53,113 nucleotides of DNA, taken from Fistulifera solaris (taxonomy: Eukaryota). The stretch is from NCBI GenBank assembly GCA_030295235.1, contig AP026180.1, positions 248,001-301,113 on the forward strand, given 5' to 3'. Both the position numbers and the translations under genes were made by a program. Positions 11,792-23,734 of this stretch are shown here, piece after piece (position 1 is the first letter of the stretch; each line of letters starts with the position of its first letter). Below the pieces are notes generated by a model. That model did not search any database and had not been told where the DNA came from. It worked only from the letters and a program-made list of their open reading frames with translations.

Positions 11792-12725
11792 TCAGTATTT
11801 GTTCCAATAGGATGTACGACTTCCTTCTCTTCGAGCCGAGACACAAGGCTCAAGATTAACATATTCACCGCTTTTAGGATGATGGCGCTGCGTGAAGCAC
11901 CAACCTCGACGAAGCTTCGGTGAAATCTCAAAGCGTCGGCCGTCAAAGCTCCCTCGCGCTGCAACAAACCGTTGCTTTTGGTTGCTGCTGTCACACTGAG
12001 CCAGCTCCAAGTCATCGTAAAGGAATTCCTGAATGCACAGGTTTCGCTGGGCAACCTTGATTTGTACTTCATTGGGACCGTGAAATACAAACTCCCACTG
12101 AGTCGGCCCGTTGTTGCAATAGATTGCAATCTCACTTCCTTTGCGGCAAAAACGGCGGCACGTCATGCTCATGCACCATTTTCGCTCGAATGGTTCATTC
12201 TGCCAGTTGTAACCTTCAAAGTATTATTGGTTGAGAACGAGCCGAACAAATATTCAAATCATTTTCAATAATCTTCTTACCTGGCTCCCAGTAAAGCTTC
12301 AAAGCGAACGTACGTCCATTGAAGCCAAAATGTTCGGCATCGCCAATACTGCTGGGAACATCCGATGACTCAGTATAATTGGACGGTGCCATTGTCGGTG
12401 TTGGAGCTAGGGAAGGAAGATCGCTACCATCATCCGTTAGTCTGGCAACACAATAGTCTGTTCGGGAATTACGTTGCTTCTCCGATAAAGAGCATCCAGG
12501 CACACCATCTCCCGCGTCTCGTTGAAAGCAAACCAGATTGCCGCGACAATCTGCATCGGTTTCACAGTGACCCTCGCACAATTCCAGATTGCCAGAATGG
12601 TTGCTTCCATAATTCTTGGCAGCCACTTGCAAATTGCGTCGAAGGAGATTAGTCGAGGCTTCTTCACTTGCTAGAGAAGAAACAAGCAAGTGAACCATCA
12701 GTGATGCTTGAATGATGAATTTCAT
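11792..12725 (-). CDS. Frustulin-like protein 6 (1 ACR repeat plus Trp-rich domain); intron 12214-12280
   Basis: Signal peptide MKFIIQASL, RNLQ, CEGHCETDADC, FALKLYWEPG|YNWQ; ends TSYWNKY. Confidence 0.85.
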
Positions 12726-13759
12726 GATGCATTTCTTTCTGAGTAGGAAATAGTGATATTGAACGCATGGAGCGCTTCCAACCCTTCGGACTTTCCGGTG
12801 AAAATCATCATTTGTGTTTCGGATGCGAAAAACTGCTGCACGATTGATGCATGCACAAATTTTCGTCTTTGGGCGATTATGATATCCCTGTTCATACGAA
12901 TTTGTCGAAGTGCAACGCCTTTCGACCTCAGAGAATGCATTGTGACGGTTAACGGTTTGATTGTTCCTAGATTCTATGTGAAGAGCAGTTACTGCTCTCC
13001 GATTTTCGGCTAAGTGCAATTTAGCTCAGAGCATGTTTACGGCGTACATTGATTAAAAGAAAATTATCTTTTTAAGAGGTCTTAGCGTTCATTGAATTTG
13101 TCGTTCTTTAGCTTGCTTCTTGTCCAGCACTCGCGAAAGAATGTTAGCGAATCATCATCCTCTTTGTTGATGAAAAAACCTCGACAAGGACGATTTCCAT
13201 TAGTCGCGTTCTTACTCAAAGCTTTGCGCATCATCAGTAGCTATAATACACAATACGTACGCTAATGGTAAGTGCCGATCTACGGAGCTTAAGAGACGAG
13301 GATACATAATTGCGTCAAGGTCGCTTCTACAATCTATTACTCCTGAACACATAACGGCAAAATAACACATATATGTGTTGTCGCCTAGTAGTCGGAGCAA
13401 TGACGAGATTCTCGTTGCAATGGCTACGGCTGAACCGATCCTTTAATTTGTTACAAGTCCAAAGACCAACGAAATCAATAGAGAAAGTTAAAAAACGACT
13501 AGAGCCCTAGGCGCGGACTCATGACTAAAATCCAATCGTGGCGAATGTTGCCTACATTTTGTTGTTATACTCCGGTAACAAACAGTGATACTACTTCATA
13601 CCTTATAGTGTGGAAATGCCTTTCGTCCATCCTTTTTTTTTCATCCTCGCGACGCTCTCTTTTTTTTTTCTTCATTTCGCTGTTACTCATTCCTCATTCG
13701 TACCCAACTCGAGGCGATGACAGCGGAAACGTTCGTCGAAAGAGAGAATTCAGCAAATC

Positions 13760-15088
13760 ATGTGCGAACCACCTAGTTTGAAAAACGAAAAAGCGCACAA
13801 GGAAGTGACAAAAGCGAAAGAGACGCTACGGCGCGGCACTTTATTAGGAGCAGCTTCGTATGCACTTGTCGCCATTGCGAATTCGGTGATTCTTCCACAC
13901 CAACAAAGTCGACGGGATGCCATGGGTTGTGATTACTTATGTTTAGGATCGCTGTCGTCAGCTCGATCAGCTCTGTCTTTAGTAGGAGCGACAATGGTCG
14001 GAAAGCTCTCGGACTCGACGACATTAGATGAAAAACTAGGAGGAAACAAACGGAAATTCGTTTTGGTGATAGGACTCTTCGCAGCAGCTTGTGCTATCAT
14101 TAGTGATCATCAAGCATCATCTTTATCCGATTTGTGGGTCGGAATATTTCCCAACGCGTTGCAACAGAATTTGTCGGTATCTAAAGCACTACTCGGAGAG
14201 TATCAAGAGTCAATACCTGGGGGTGTCACTACAGCGGATCGTGCGTGGAGTGCTGGTATGTTGGGAATGGCAGCGGGGTTTTCATTGATGATTGGTCCTT
14301 TTGTCGGAGCGATTTTATTGCGAACCTATCAACAAGCCGTTGTCGCAGGTCTCTGTGCCCTGTTGTTGGCGGCATTACTCGTCTACTTGCTTCCGAGCTC
14401 GAAAGTACAGGCGCGTGATAAGAATCGACAACTCAAAAAAGGATTATTATCATTTATTGATATACCATCAGCAAGATCTCCTGCGGCTCTTTTTTTGATA
14501 TGTATTAGACTATTGTCGGCTCTCAGTTTTCATATCTACCAAACCATCTGGTCCGTCTATATGAAAGAACGCTTACATTTCGGTCCGTCCGAATACGGTC
14601 GCTTTTTCTCTACGGTTGGTTTCTTTTACGCCATTTCGCAAGGGTTATTAGCGAAGCAATGTTTGGAGCGGTTGGGCGGTGAAAATCCACGCGGAAGGAC
14701 GCTATTATTGGCCTTCTCATCGTTGCTGATCGGTGGCGCACGATACTCTGCGCTTCACACAACAAACACCTTTGGAATTTATAGCATCTTTTCGTTCAAG
14801 GTGACTGTTTACGGTGTCATGTCTACGATCCTTAGCGCCGATATAAGCCAGATTGCAGCCCCAGAAGATCTTGGGAGTTTCTTCGGCCTCTTTACTGCTG
14901 TGGAGGCTGGAGCGGGCATGCTTGGTTCATTGTTGGGAGGCGCACTGGGGTATTTGCACCCGTCGTTGCCATTGATCGTAGTTGTCGGACTCAACTTGTC
15001 AATTTTTGCAACCGTTTTACTGGGCTACGAAAGAACTGTTGCGAGCCAGCGCGATTCTTTTACGGAAGGAAAGAAAAAAGTACAATAA
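13760..15088 (+). CDS. Major facilitator superfamily transporter
   Basis: 442 aa with about 12 hydrophobic segments, GKLSD (motif A-like), and GFSLMIGPFVGA (motif C-like). Confidence 0.85.
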   Translation: MCEPPSLKNEKAHKEVTKAKETLRRGTLLGAASYALVAIANSVILPHQQSRRDAMGCDYLCLGSLSSARSALSLVGATMVGKLSDSTTLDEKLGGNKRKFVLVIGLFAAACAIISDHQASSLSDLWVGIFPNALQQNLSVSKALLGEYQESIPGGVTTADRAWSAGMLGMAAGFSLMIGPFVGAILLRTYQQAVVAGLCALLLAALLVYLLPSSKVQARDKNRQLKKGLLSFIDIPSARSPAALFLICIRLLSALSFHIYQTIWSVYMKERLHFGPSEYGRFFSTVGFFYAISQGLLAKQCLERLGGENPRGRTLLLAFSSLLIGGARYSALHTTNTFGIYSIFSFKVTVYGVMSTILSADISQIAAPEDLGSFFGLFTAVEAGAGMLGSLLGGALGYLHPSLPLIVVVGLNLSIFATVLLGYERTVASQRDSFTEGKKKVQ

Positions 15089-15368
15089 TCATTGTTTTAA
15101 CATGTAAATAATAATGTGGTATCATAAGTATTCATGATTATTGAAGAGAGACGAAGTTAACGACATCTAACACCCTTTGAGGTCGATAAGGCATCAGCTT
15201 TCAAGACTGGACTTGTAGTGGTTCCCGTCACGCCTACACTAAATCAGACAGTGCATCCAGAGGTGAATGCATCGCGCGCATCTCGGTCGTCTCTCGCGTC
15301 GTCGTTTCTTGTAGCCAAAAACTAAAAGGAAAGAACGACCATGGTGACCATAACACAAATTTCGAACA

Positions 15369-16497
15369 ATGAGAGGCGTTAAAGCCCGAATATTGTTCTG
15401 GTTGGTATCAATAATAGCAACAGCACTTTTAACGTACCAGTTTGTGTTAGCAGCGAACTGTTTTGCTGCTGATAATGGTCGTTTCTCAGTTGCGTCTTCT
15501 GTCGTTCCTTCGTCTTCGTCACTCTCGCTGACAAATGCAGAAAGCCGAATACGACAATTACCGTCTCTTTATCATTTACTTGACACAGAAGTAGAAGGTA
15601 CTTGTCCCCAGAAGCTTGTACTTATGGAAGACAAGCGCATCGGCTCATCTATAAGTTCTTTGTCTGACTGGGGCGATCACAATTCGATTCCCAAAATAAT
15701 TCATGTCACAACAAAGTCTCGCTGCTTGCCTCCCTCGTTTCACGACAACCTTGAACTCTGGAAGAAAGCTTTCCCTGACTATTCATTTGTATTGCACAAC
15801 GATGCGGCGATGTATCGATTACTCGAACTGCATCATGTCGATTTTCCTCATCTTCAACAAAGTCTAAAGTGCAGCGTTTCGGTTGCCGCTATCGCTGATC
15901 TATGGCGAGCACTCATTCTATACGAATATGGAGGCATCTATACTGACATTGATAATGCCCCACGGAAACTCAATGCATTTCTCATTAAAGAAACGGATCA
16001 AGCCTTCTTTGTCGTCGAGGAAGCCGGATATTTGTCACAGTATTTCATGGCATCTGCTCCGAAGCATCCCTTACTGTTTCTACTCATACAATCAACGCTG
16101 CATCGATTGTACGACTTGAATGATGTAGATCATCAGTACGTTCCGTTTGTGACGGGTCCTGGTGCCTTGAAGCAAGCGTTCCTTCATTTTTGCACGAACA
16201 GGGACCCAACGCGGCGGCTGTAAAAACACCACCTCCCCCAAAAATGCTGCCTTTGTCCAGGAAGGCGTGTATACGGGTATTGGCAATGCTACTGTTACAG
16301 TGGTGGGACGGCGAGGCAAAGCTTCTGACGAATACGTCGCTCGGAATGTCATTTACAAGAAACGCCGAATCTATGCTGAATTGATGAATATGACACATTT
16401 CTCCAGAGTTCACGCGGACCCCTCGGTCAAGTCAAAGTTAACAACGGATTCTTGTATGGAGCGCTTGTGGCATTCCAGAAACAGTAACAGGCAATGA
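15369..16497 (+). CDS. GT32/OCH1-like DXD glycosyltransferase; frameshift ~16195
   Basis: N-terminal transmembrane segment, IPKIIH, ADLWRALILYEYGGIYTDID, APKHP and TGPGAL. The frame continues in ORF 16267..16497. Confidence 0.85.
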
Positions 16498-16553
16498 TGA
16501 CGACATACTTCGCCAAAGCAGTAAAATATTTTAATAGCATTGAAGATTACGGA

Positions 16554-17422
16554 CTATACAATCTTCATGAGAGCATCATTGTTGTCTGGTCGTCTCCCCT
16601 TTCTTCGTTTCATGTCTGCCCCCGAGGCCGAGCTTTGATCTAATGATATTTCGCTATCGGAGAATTCCTGCCCAGCAATGAGATGATGTTGGTCATCCAC
16701 TTGACTGGTCGAGCTGGCTTTTCGCATTCCTCTCCCAAAGCCCCAAGAAGACGTTGCTGTCGATGGCGACACGGCACCCATCCCCATGACTTTCTGAACG
16801 GCTGTTTGTGCGGGAGTAATAAACTTGAGGGCTGGCATTTCTAAAAAGTCCCGAAAATCCACGGTTTGTGACTCATCAAAGTCAAACCGTGTCACAACTC
16901 GCACATAATTCAGGTATATTTTACGACATGTAAAAGAGCGACCAGCCAGCAAATGAGCGCCGACTCCCACGGTAACATGAGCCATACGGAAAGTAATACA
17001 CTCCCCACAGTACAGGCAAGTCCGATGCCGAAGGTCGTAAAGACAGAAGATCGTTCTTCGTAAAGACCATCGGTAGCCGTCAGCATGCTTCCATCAGGAC
17101 CTCGCAAGGCTAATCCAGCGCCTATAACACTGAGTGCCGTTGTATGAGACACCACAATCATATTTGCGCAGAAAGCAGCGACAATGATTCCGTAGTAAAC
17201 CATGCGAAGTATTCGCGCAAATTGTTGATGTTCTTCTGCCCAGTCGCTCACGGGCGCCGGCGAGAATTCAATAAACATTGTAATATCGAGTCCAGCGAGG
17301 ACGGCTGCTTGTGTTCCGACGGTCATGAGATTGGAATGATGCAATTGAAACTCCTTTTCTTTCAAGGCAGTGGCTTGTTGCTTCAATGCCGATTGCAACT
17401 GCAATTTATCTGCGGCCAGCAT
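16554..17422 (-). CDS. Orai-like (CRAC-channel-like) four-TM protein; frameshift ~16940
   Basis: TQAAVLAGLDITMFIE resembles Orai TM1 (RTSALLSGFAMVAMVE), including the acidic filter residue, and further TM segments follow. The C-terminal tail lies in ORF 16554..16985. Confidence 0.6.
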
Positions 17423-17921
17423 GATGAAGCGACAGTATCAGCGGAAGGAATAGACGGCTAGGAAGCGTTATTAGCAAGCAGGTTGGTTGAATAGTTCTAT
17501 CAGTTGCGAGGATTCCCTTTATCGACCTCGTCAAAATGCTTTATTTTCTCCGATTGTTTGCGTGCAAACGAAGAACTCAACGGTAAAAAATTGCTAGCAA
17601 TAATGACTTTTACGTACAACGGACGTACTCTTTGTTCTGTCGTCTGTCGTTTGTCGCGTTTGTCGTTGCTCGATGAAAGCCACACATTTTGTACCGTAAC
17701 GACGAAACCAAGTATCCGACTTGACGCTGAGACACGGCGTCGCTAGAGAGAGCTAGAGAGTTGGAAGCCAATCCTTTTAGTCTGCATCATGATGAATGAA
17801 CGAAAGAATAATTCAAAAAAGTATGTATTATCATTTTTAGTAGGAAGCATGATGCTTTCGTTGCTCGATGACGACGATGAGTGATTATGAAGGAAACAAA
17901 GACGTTTTTTCCTGGAGTCTA

Positions 17922-18476
17922 TTATTTCGAAACCATGGACCGAATCATATCAGCGGAAAGTGCACCGTAAGTCTCTTTCCACGATTCTTCGCTCTCCTCG
18001 GTGAACTTATCACCCAACATCTCTTTCAAAGTCCAGACCAAAGCGTCTCCCATGATTGGAAACATGTCGGGCTTGACACCATAGACGACGTGTTTCGTTC
18101 CCAATTCGGTCATAATCTCCGTCAACAGTTCAATATCCGGACCAAGCATATTCAATGACGTGTCAATCATATTCCAGAAATAAATGGCCTGCGCGACGAA
18201 GCGCTTCGACTGTAAAAGCTCGGGCGAGTCGACGTCAATGTCGATGGGGAAACCGAACAACAATTTCGCCTGGGGGCACTTGTCGAAGAGTCTGGTTTAA
18301 AAACACGATACACAGTAGATTAGAGACTGTCTGCATCCAGTTCAAAGGGTCGCTTCTGTCGCTTACCTTCGAAAGAGCTTCGTACCAGCGACCTTTTCGT
18401 AATCCTTCGTGCGTTTGACGGATTCCCAGTCCTCCATTACATTGCTGATCGTGCTGTAAGAAATTTCCTTTACCAT
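17922..18476 (-). CDS. Single-domain 3/3 globin, copy 1; intron 18292-18366
   Basis: Spliced MVKEISYST..SNVMEDW..LFRR|LFDKCPQAKLLF gives C2 Pro and CD1 Phe; LGTKHVVYGV has the proximal His; SWKETY matches the H helix. Confidence 0.9.
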
Positions 18477-19251
18477 GTTTGTAGCTAGGTGTTCAATAAC
18501 GAATTAAGAATTCAAGAGACGATTGGATTGATGCCAACAAGGAGGCCTTTTATGAAATGAGAGAAAAGGACGAGCTCGATAAAGTTGCCAAGCTTTTGGG
18601 TGCTTGCTTGCATTTTTGGCACTTTGGCACTTCGTTCTTCGTTGACTTCGTTGAAGAAGCGAAGAGGGGCAATAGGTACACAAAGACTACGGGCGAAAGA
18701 ATGTTCTTTGAAATCGTCAATAGTGGCATTTTTGATTTTAGCTGGCATGGTTTATAGATAAAGTAAACAAAAATAAGGCCCATGTCATGACCTAATGACC
18801 GCAATCATTTACTTACTTCTATCACAAAGAAGCAAGAGCTACGAACCCAATCAGTTTCGTATTTTGACCTACGTAATCCGTCCTACAAAACCAGGGGGTA
18901 TTATTCACAAACGATTACCCCTTTCTTTCTTCGGTACAATTATCCCTATAGACGATTTCCAGGGAACAACGACAAGAAGACCGCTCAGAAAATCGGAAAG
19001 CGACAAGCAAACAGTTCGCGTTTTGCCCTTTCGGTGCAACAAAATGCAACATTTTGCGATCTTCAACGAGCAAAAGAAGGCTCTCCTTGAAGATGATAAG
19101 AAAAGTCTCGCATTCGGCACGAAAGAATATCTCTAGAACCTTGGGCAGCAGGCATAAGTATGAACAAGAGCAAGCATTAAGTCGTCTGTGGTCGCTTGCT
19201 TTGAACAAGATCCTCACGTCTTTTTTTATCGGCACCATCATCAAAGATCAC

Positions 19252-19852
19252 ATGTCTTCCTCCATCACTATCGTCAATGAGCGTCTCACTTTTTCTGAGC
19301 TGGTGGGTGCAATGGAAAGAGGTGGTGCGATAAAAGAAGTTATACTTGAGGACGTTGTTATTGAGGGGAGACGAAGACGCGATGCGATTACTTACTCGGT
19401 ATTTTCGAGGTCACTATACAATCGAGAATGCGGTTTTTCGACGCGTTTCCTTGGCTGATGAAACGAATGATCTTGGGATCATTTTCTCTACCCTTTTGGT
19501 GTCAGCATGCGAGCTAAAGCATTTTCACGTGGAAGAATGCCCCGTCTCGTCTGCAGTTCTTATTTGCGTGTCTTATAGTCCAAATCTTGAAAGCCTTCGC
19601 TTGATCAACTGCAATCTGGGAGACGGCGATGCCACGAAACTCGTCGACGTTCTGGCGAAAGCAACCAGCGTCACTGTGCTGGATTTGTCTGGCAACGGTT
19701 TCAGTGCGATCGGAGAGTCCGCGCTGAAGACTGGCCTCGAACGCTCTAGTAATATTTCGTCGCTTATGATCGATGGACACGGTGTAGTGTTGGCCAAAGC
19801 TCCTAAAGTGAAAGTTGTTTCAACGAAACAGATATCTGCGCAAACAGCATAA
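19252..19852 (+). CDS. Small leucine-rich repeat (RNI-like) protein; frameshift ~19367
   Basis: LESLRLINCNLGDGDA and VTVLDLSGNGFSAIG are LRR units. Confidence 0.72.
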
Positions 19853-19966
19853 AAGTAGATCGATATCACATTATAAAAACGATTTATTTTTTGATTTCGT
19901 AATGACAACTCAAGCATGAAGACTTATAATCGATGAAGCAAATGTAGAACTTTCTTAGAGTACTGA

Positions 19967-20531
19967 TTATTTCTTTACCATGGCTCGAATCATATCAGCG
20001 GAAAGCGCGTCGTAAGTTTCTTTCCAAGCCTTTTCGTTTTCATCTTTGAATTTGTCACCTAGCATTTCACTCAGCGTCCAGAATAAAGCTTCTCCCATGA
20101 TCGGAAACATATCCGGCTTGACACCATAAACAACATGCTTCGCCCCCAACTCGGTCATAATCTCCGTCAACAGTTCAATATCCGGACCAAGCATATTCAA
20201 TGACGTGTCAATCATATTCCAAAAGTAAATGGCTTGCGCGACGAAGCGCTTCGACTGCAAAAGCTCGGGCGAGTCGACGTCAATGTCGATGGGGAAACCG
20301 AACAACAACTTTGCTTGAGGGCATTTATCAAAGAGTCTATTATATCAAGGATGTACGTGAATGTCTGAGTGAGTTGATGCTGAGATAATTTCGCAAAAGA
20401 CATGCGCGTTGACATGCTTACCTTCGAAAGAGTTTCGTACCGGCAACCTTCTCATAATCCTTGGTACGTTTGACAGATTCCCAGTCTTCCATCACATGAC
20501 TGATAGTTGCGTAGTTCATTTCGTTCACCAT
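19967..20531 (-). CDS. Single-domain 3/3 globin, copy 2; intron 20337-20421
   Basis: Paralog of 17922..18476 with the same intron position and a nearly identical core. Confidence 0.9.
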
Positions 20532-22027
20532 GGTTCAAGTTGCAAGGGCTGCAATCAGCTTGCTTCGTGATGCGAAAAGAAATGGAAGTTCGAGTTTGGT
20601 CAACAGGGTGCCAACGAGAGAGCTGGAAACCGAAACATCGAAATGCCAAGAACCAAGAATGACACCTTTCGGATTTCGGATCGTTCTTTCGTCTTAGTTC
20701 AGTATAAAATACTGTAGGACATTCTAGTTAGGGTTCCTTGATTTCTTTCTGTTCTTCGATACGTATTCATTACTAATTAACTACAGTACGATACAGTAAT
20801 ACACAAAGCTTCTAATCAATTGAGTCACGGGTTATGGGTCATGAGTCATGAGAGGGTCATGAGTCATGAGCTACGGCTAGCAATTTATTACTCGTTGGTA
20901 GCTAATGACAGACCTACGGAGTAATCAATTTTCTGTAATTTCCAACATTCTAAGTTTTGTCAGCACATCGTAGATAGTGAAAAAGGCATCCATGAAAGCC
21001 GGCTTGCTAGTTCCAGAATCCTCAGCCAAGAAAAGGCTAGAAATCGATAGGGCTTGAATAGATGCAATGATTCAAGGTATAACTCAACTTTGAATGAGAG
21101 TATTCGTCAAATTAACCTAAATGAAAGTGCGCTCGTACATGATTACTTGTCTTGAGACTAAACTTTTAAAAGGTCTCCCACTCGCAACTGTTATAATCGC
21201 CCAATAGTTTATTAAATGAGTTATCTCTTTGAAACTGCGATGTCCAGCTTTTGATTAAAGGCAAACATGAGCATTCATGAACTGAGCTTGAGCTCGCTTA
21301 TATTCACCGTCATCTGAGGGAAGAAAAGCGGGCTGTGGTGTTTTCAAATAATAATATTCATAAATACACGCATCATGACATCATTTCGCGTCATTTTGAA
21401 TTAACGTAAATAATGAGCAACATTACATAAGTGCCACCTGGCGCATCACGGATCAAGGCGAATGACCATTGGACCATTGGTGCATTGGTGACCTATCTTC
21501 CGTCAAAATGTGCGGAACTTATAAAAATTAGATTTTTGTTAGTCGTGAAAAGGTTAGAAACAGGCGTTTCTGTGTCGTTATTTTGTAATAACATGTGTCT
21601 GCATTCCGAATTGACGTTTGGTGACAGTACTATTCACAATGTCATAAAAGAAGAATGTGAGTACCGAGTCTCCCTTAGACGAAGTAGGAACAACAGTGAG
21701 ATGTAAGATGAACTTAGAAACGACGACATCAAGTGCAAGTTGCGCACGAAATTGATCAAATAATGCTAAGGTGCTAACTTCTTTTCGCACCGTCGGAAGG
21801 AGAAGGAAGACGTTCGGAACGTTTTTGTGCCTTTGCAACACGGAAACGTCTCTCAACTATACCGACAAGGTGTAGGTCACTGCGCTTTCTCGAATTGCCT
21901 TCCTGGGAAGCTAAAAGCCAAATGCTGGAAGATGGTTTCTTCTTCCTTTGTTTTGATTTTTTTCTCCCTTTGCCATCTCCATTTGATGTTTCTAAAGCCA
22001 CACATCATTGTTTCTTATCCGTTAGAA

Positions 22028-22503
22028 ATGAATTTCATCACAAAACAAGATATTGGGATGAATCTTGATCCTTTAGTCGGTCGGACGATCGCATTTGAGT
22101 CTTCGGAAAATACAAAAGATGCGGACGAAATGTCGGATTTTGGGAAACTTGTGGACGAATTGAACTTCGATTGCCTTACGGATGACTCCTCCGAGCACAC
22201 ACGATGGCAAAGCCAGGTGAAGGATCGGCCACTTCGACAGTCAGTGCGATCTACAGAAACTGCAGCCACAGCAAATGTATCTATCTTTTCGACTTGTTCA
22301 TCTTTTTTCGCAGAAGATGGTCCGACCCACCCAAGTCCCCAAAAGACCCGTCAACTCCACCCCGAAAGCCAATACGAACCAAGAGTCGAACAAATGTGCT
22401 AATAGCTCGACCACAACGACTTACTAGAACTTCTTCCTTTGAATCGGACAAAACTGCCCGCAATTACGGAAATCACTCTCTTGCTCGAGAATCTCGTTGC
22501 TAA
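22028..22503 (+). CDS. Hypothetical low-complexity protein; probable frameshift ~22305
   Basis: ATG at 22028; two overlapping ORFs join into RWQS..PLRQSVRS and RWSD..PPRKPIRTKS repeated motifs. Confidence 0.4.
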
Positions 22504-22711
22504 AAGCATAAATCGGCAAGCAAGAATGCATAACAAGCTTTCAAAACTCTGGTTTGTACAAAGAATAGCATGTAACATCAAAGAATAAACACTTTTCATC
22601 ATATATGGCCTCAACGCCTCGTCTACTTTATCATCCCGACCAAAACACGTAATGCACCGTTCTTTGTGCTTGTCCTTCTGTTTCTCAGCTCGCTCACAAG
22701 GCTAATGCATC

Positions 22712-23326
22712 TTACGAATAACCCAGTTGCTGTGTGTCGAACCACTGCTTGAGCTGTATTGGATCACAAGCTCGAATCATCCCCACATGCTGCGCACATT
22801 GCAAGGTCTCCTGACTCGCTTGTTCGGGTGTTAACTGATAGCGATGCATCAACCATGCACCCGCAACGCGTCCGCAGCGACCGATACCTCCCGTGCAGTG
22901 CGTGACGACGCGTTGTTGTGCCGCTTCGGCGTGCTCGAACAACTGAAACAAATTGTGGGCCGCCCGGGGATCATTCATCGACTGCACTTGACACTTCAGT
23001 CCGTATTGTCGATACAATGTCAAAAGACCGGTTGGCTCGTAGTTGACAAGCTCATTTTCGTCGAGTAATGCTACAACTGTATGAATGTTTTGTTCTTTTT
23101 CTTGCATGAATTGGATCCATTCGACGACTCTTTCATCGGGAATGGGGTCGTTCTTTCCGGGAGGATTCCCGGGACGTTCTGCAGAAAAGAGAACCGTATC
23201 GCGCTTTGAAGCTGGACCGAAATTGTACATAGGGCTGCGACGGGTAATCGTCGCTGCGAGGTCGGAAAGTGCCGTAATGGAGATTGTAGGAAGAAGAAGG
23301 AAAAAGTTGATAGACAAGCATGTCAT
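22712..23326 (-). CDS. Protein tyrosine/dual-specificity phosphatase family protein with a signal-peptide-like N-terminus
   Basis: VVTHCTGGIGRCG (HCX5R) and hydrophobic MTCLSINFFLLLPTISITA. Confidence 0.82.
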   Translation of the reverse strand: MTCLSINFFLLLPTISITALSDLAATITRRSPMYNFGPASKRDTVLFSAERPGNPPGKNDPIPDERVVEWIQFMQEKEQNIHTVVALLDENELVNYEPTGLLTLYRQYGLKCQVQSMNDPRAAHNLFQLFEHAEAAQQRVVTHCTGGIGRCGRVAGAWLMHRYQLTPEQASQETLQCAQHVGMIRACDPIQLKQWFDTQQLGYS

Positions 23327-23734
23327 GGTAAACGAAAATACTCTCATTCTTATATTGTGTGCAATCGTTCGATAAATTGAAAGGAGCAAAGGTTTATTTC
23401 TGTGTTGACTTGCTTTGAAGTCAATAGAAGTCTAGGAGGAGGTCGTCGTTACTCCGCATCGCGGAAAGATCGCGTGCATGTTGATGGATTTTTATGAGAT
23501 GTCAAAATCAAAAGGTCTCAGTCACGAGTTGGCTTAAGTCTTATTGTGAATGTCTGGCCTTTGCTCGTGTACCTCAGAACCAAGCAAAAACAAAAACGTG
23601 ACGATGGAAAAATTTATTTCAGCGCATCGCAACGCAAGAAATAAACGAAAGAACCGCATCTCGTAAAACAATAATATACTACACATTAACTTTAGCAGCA
23701 GTACTTCTCTATAATTGATTCATTCGGAATAAGC

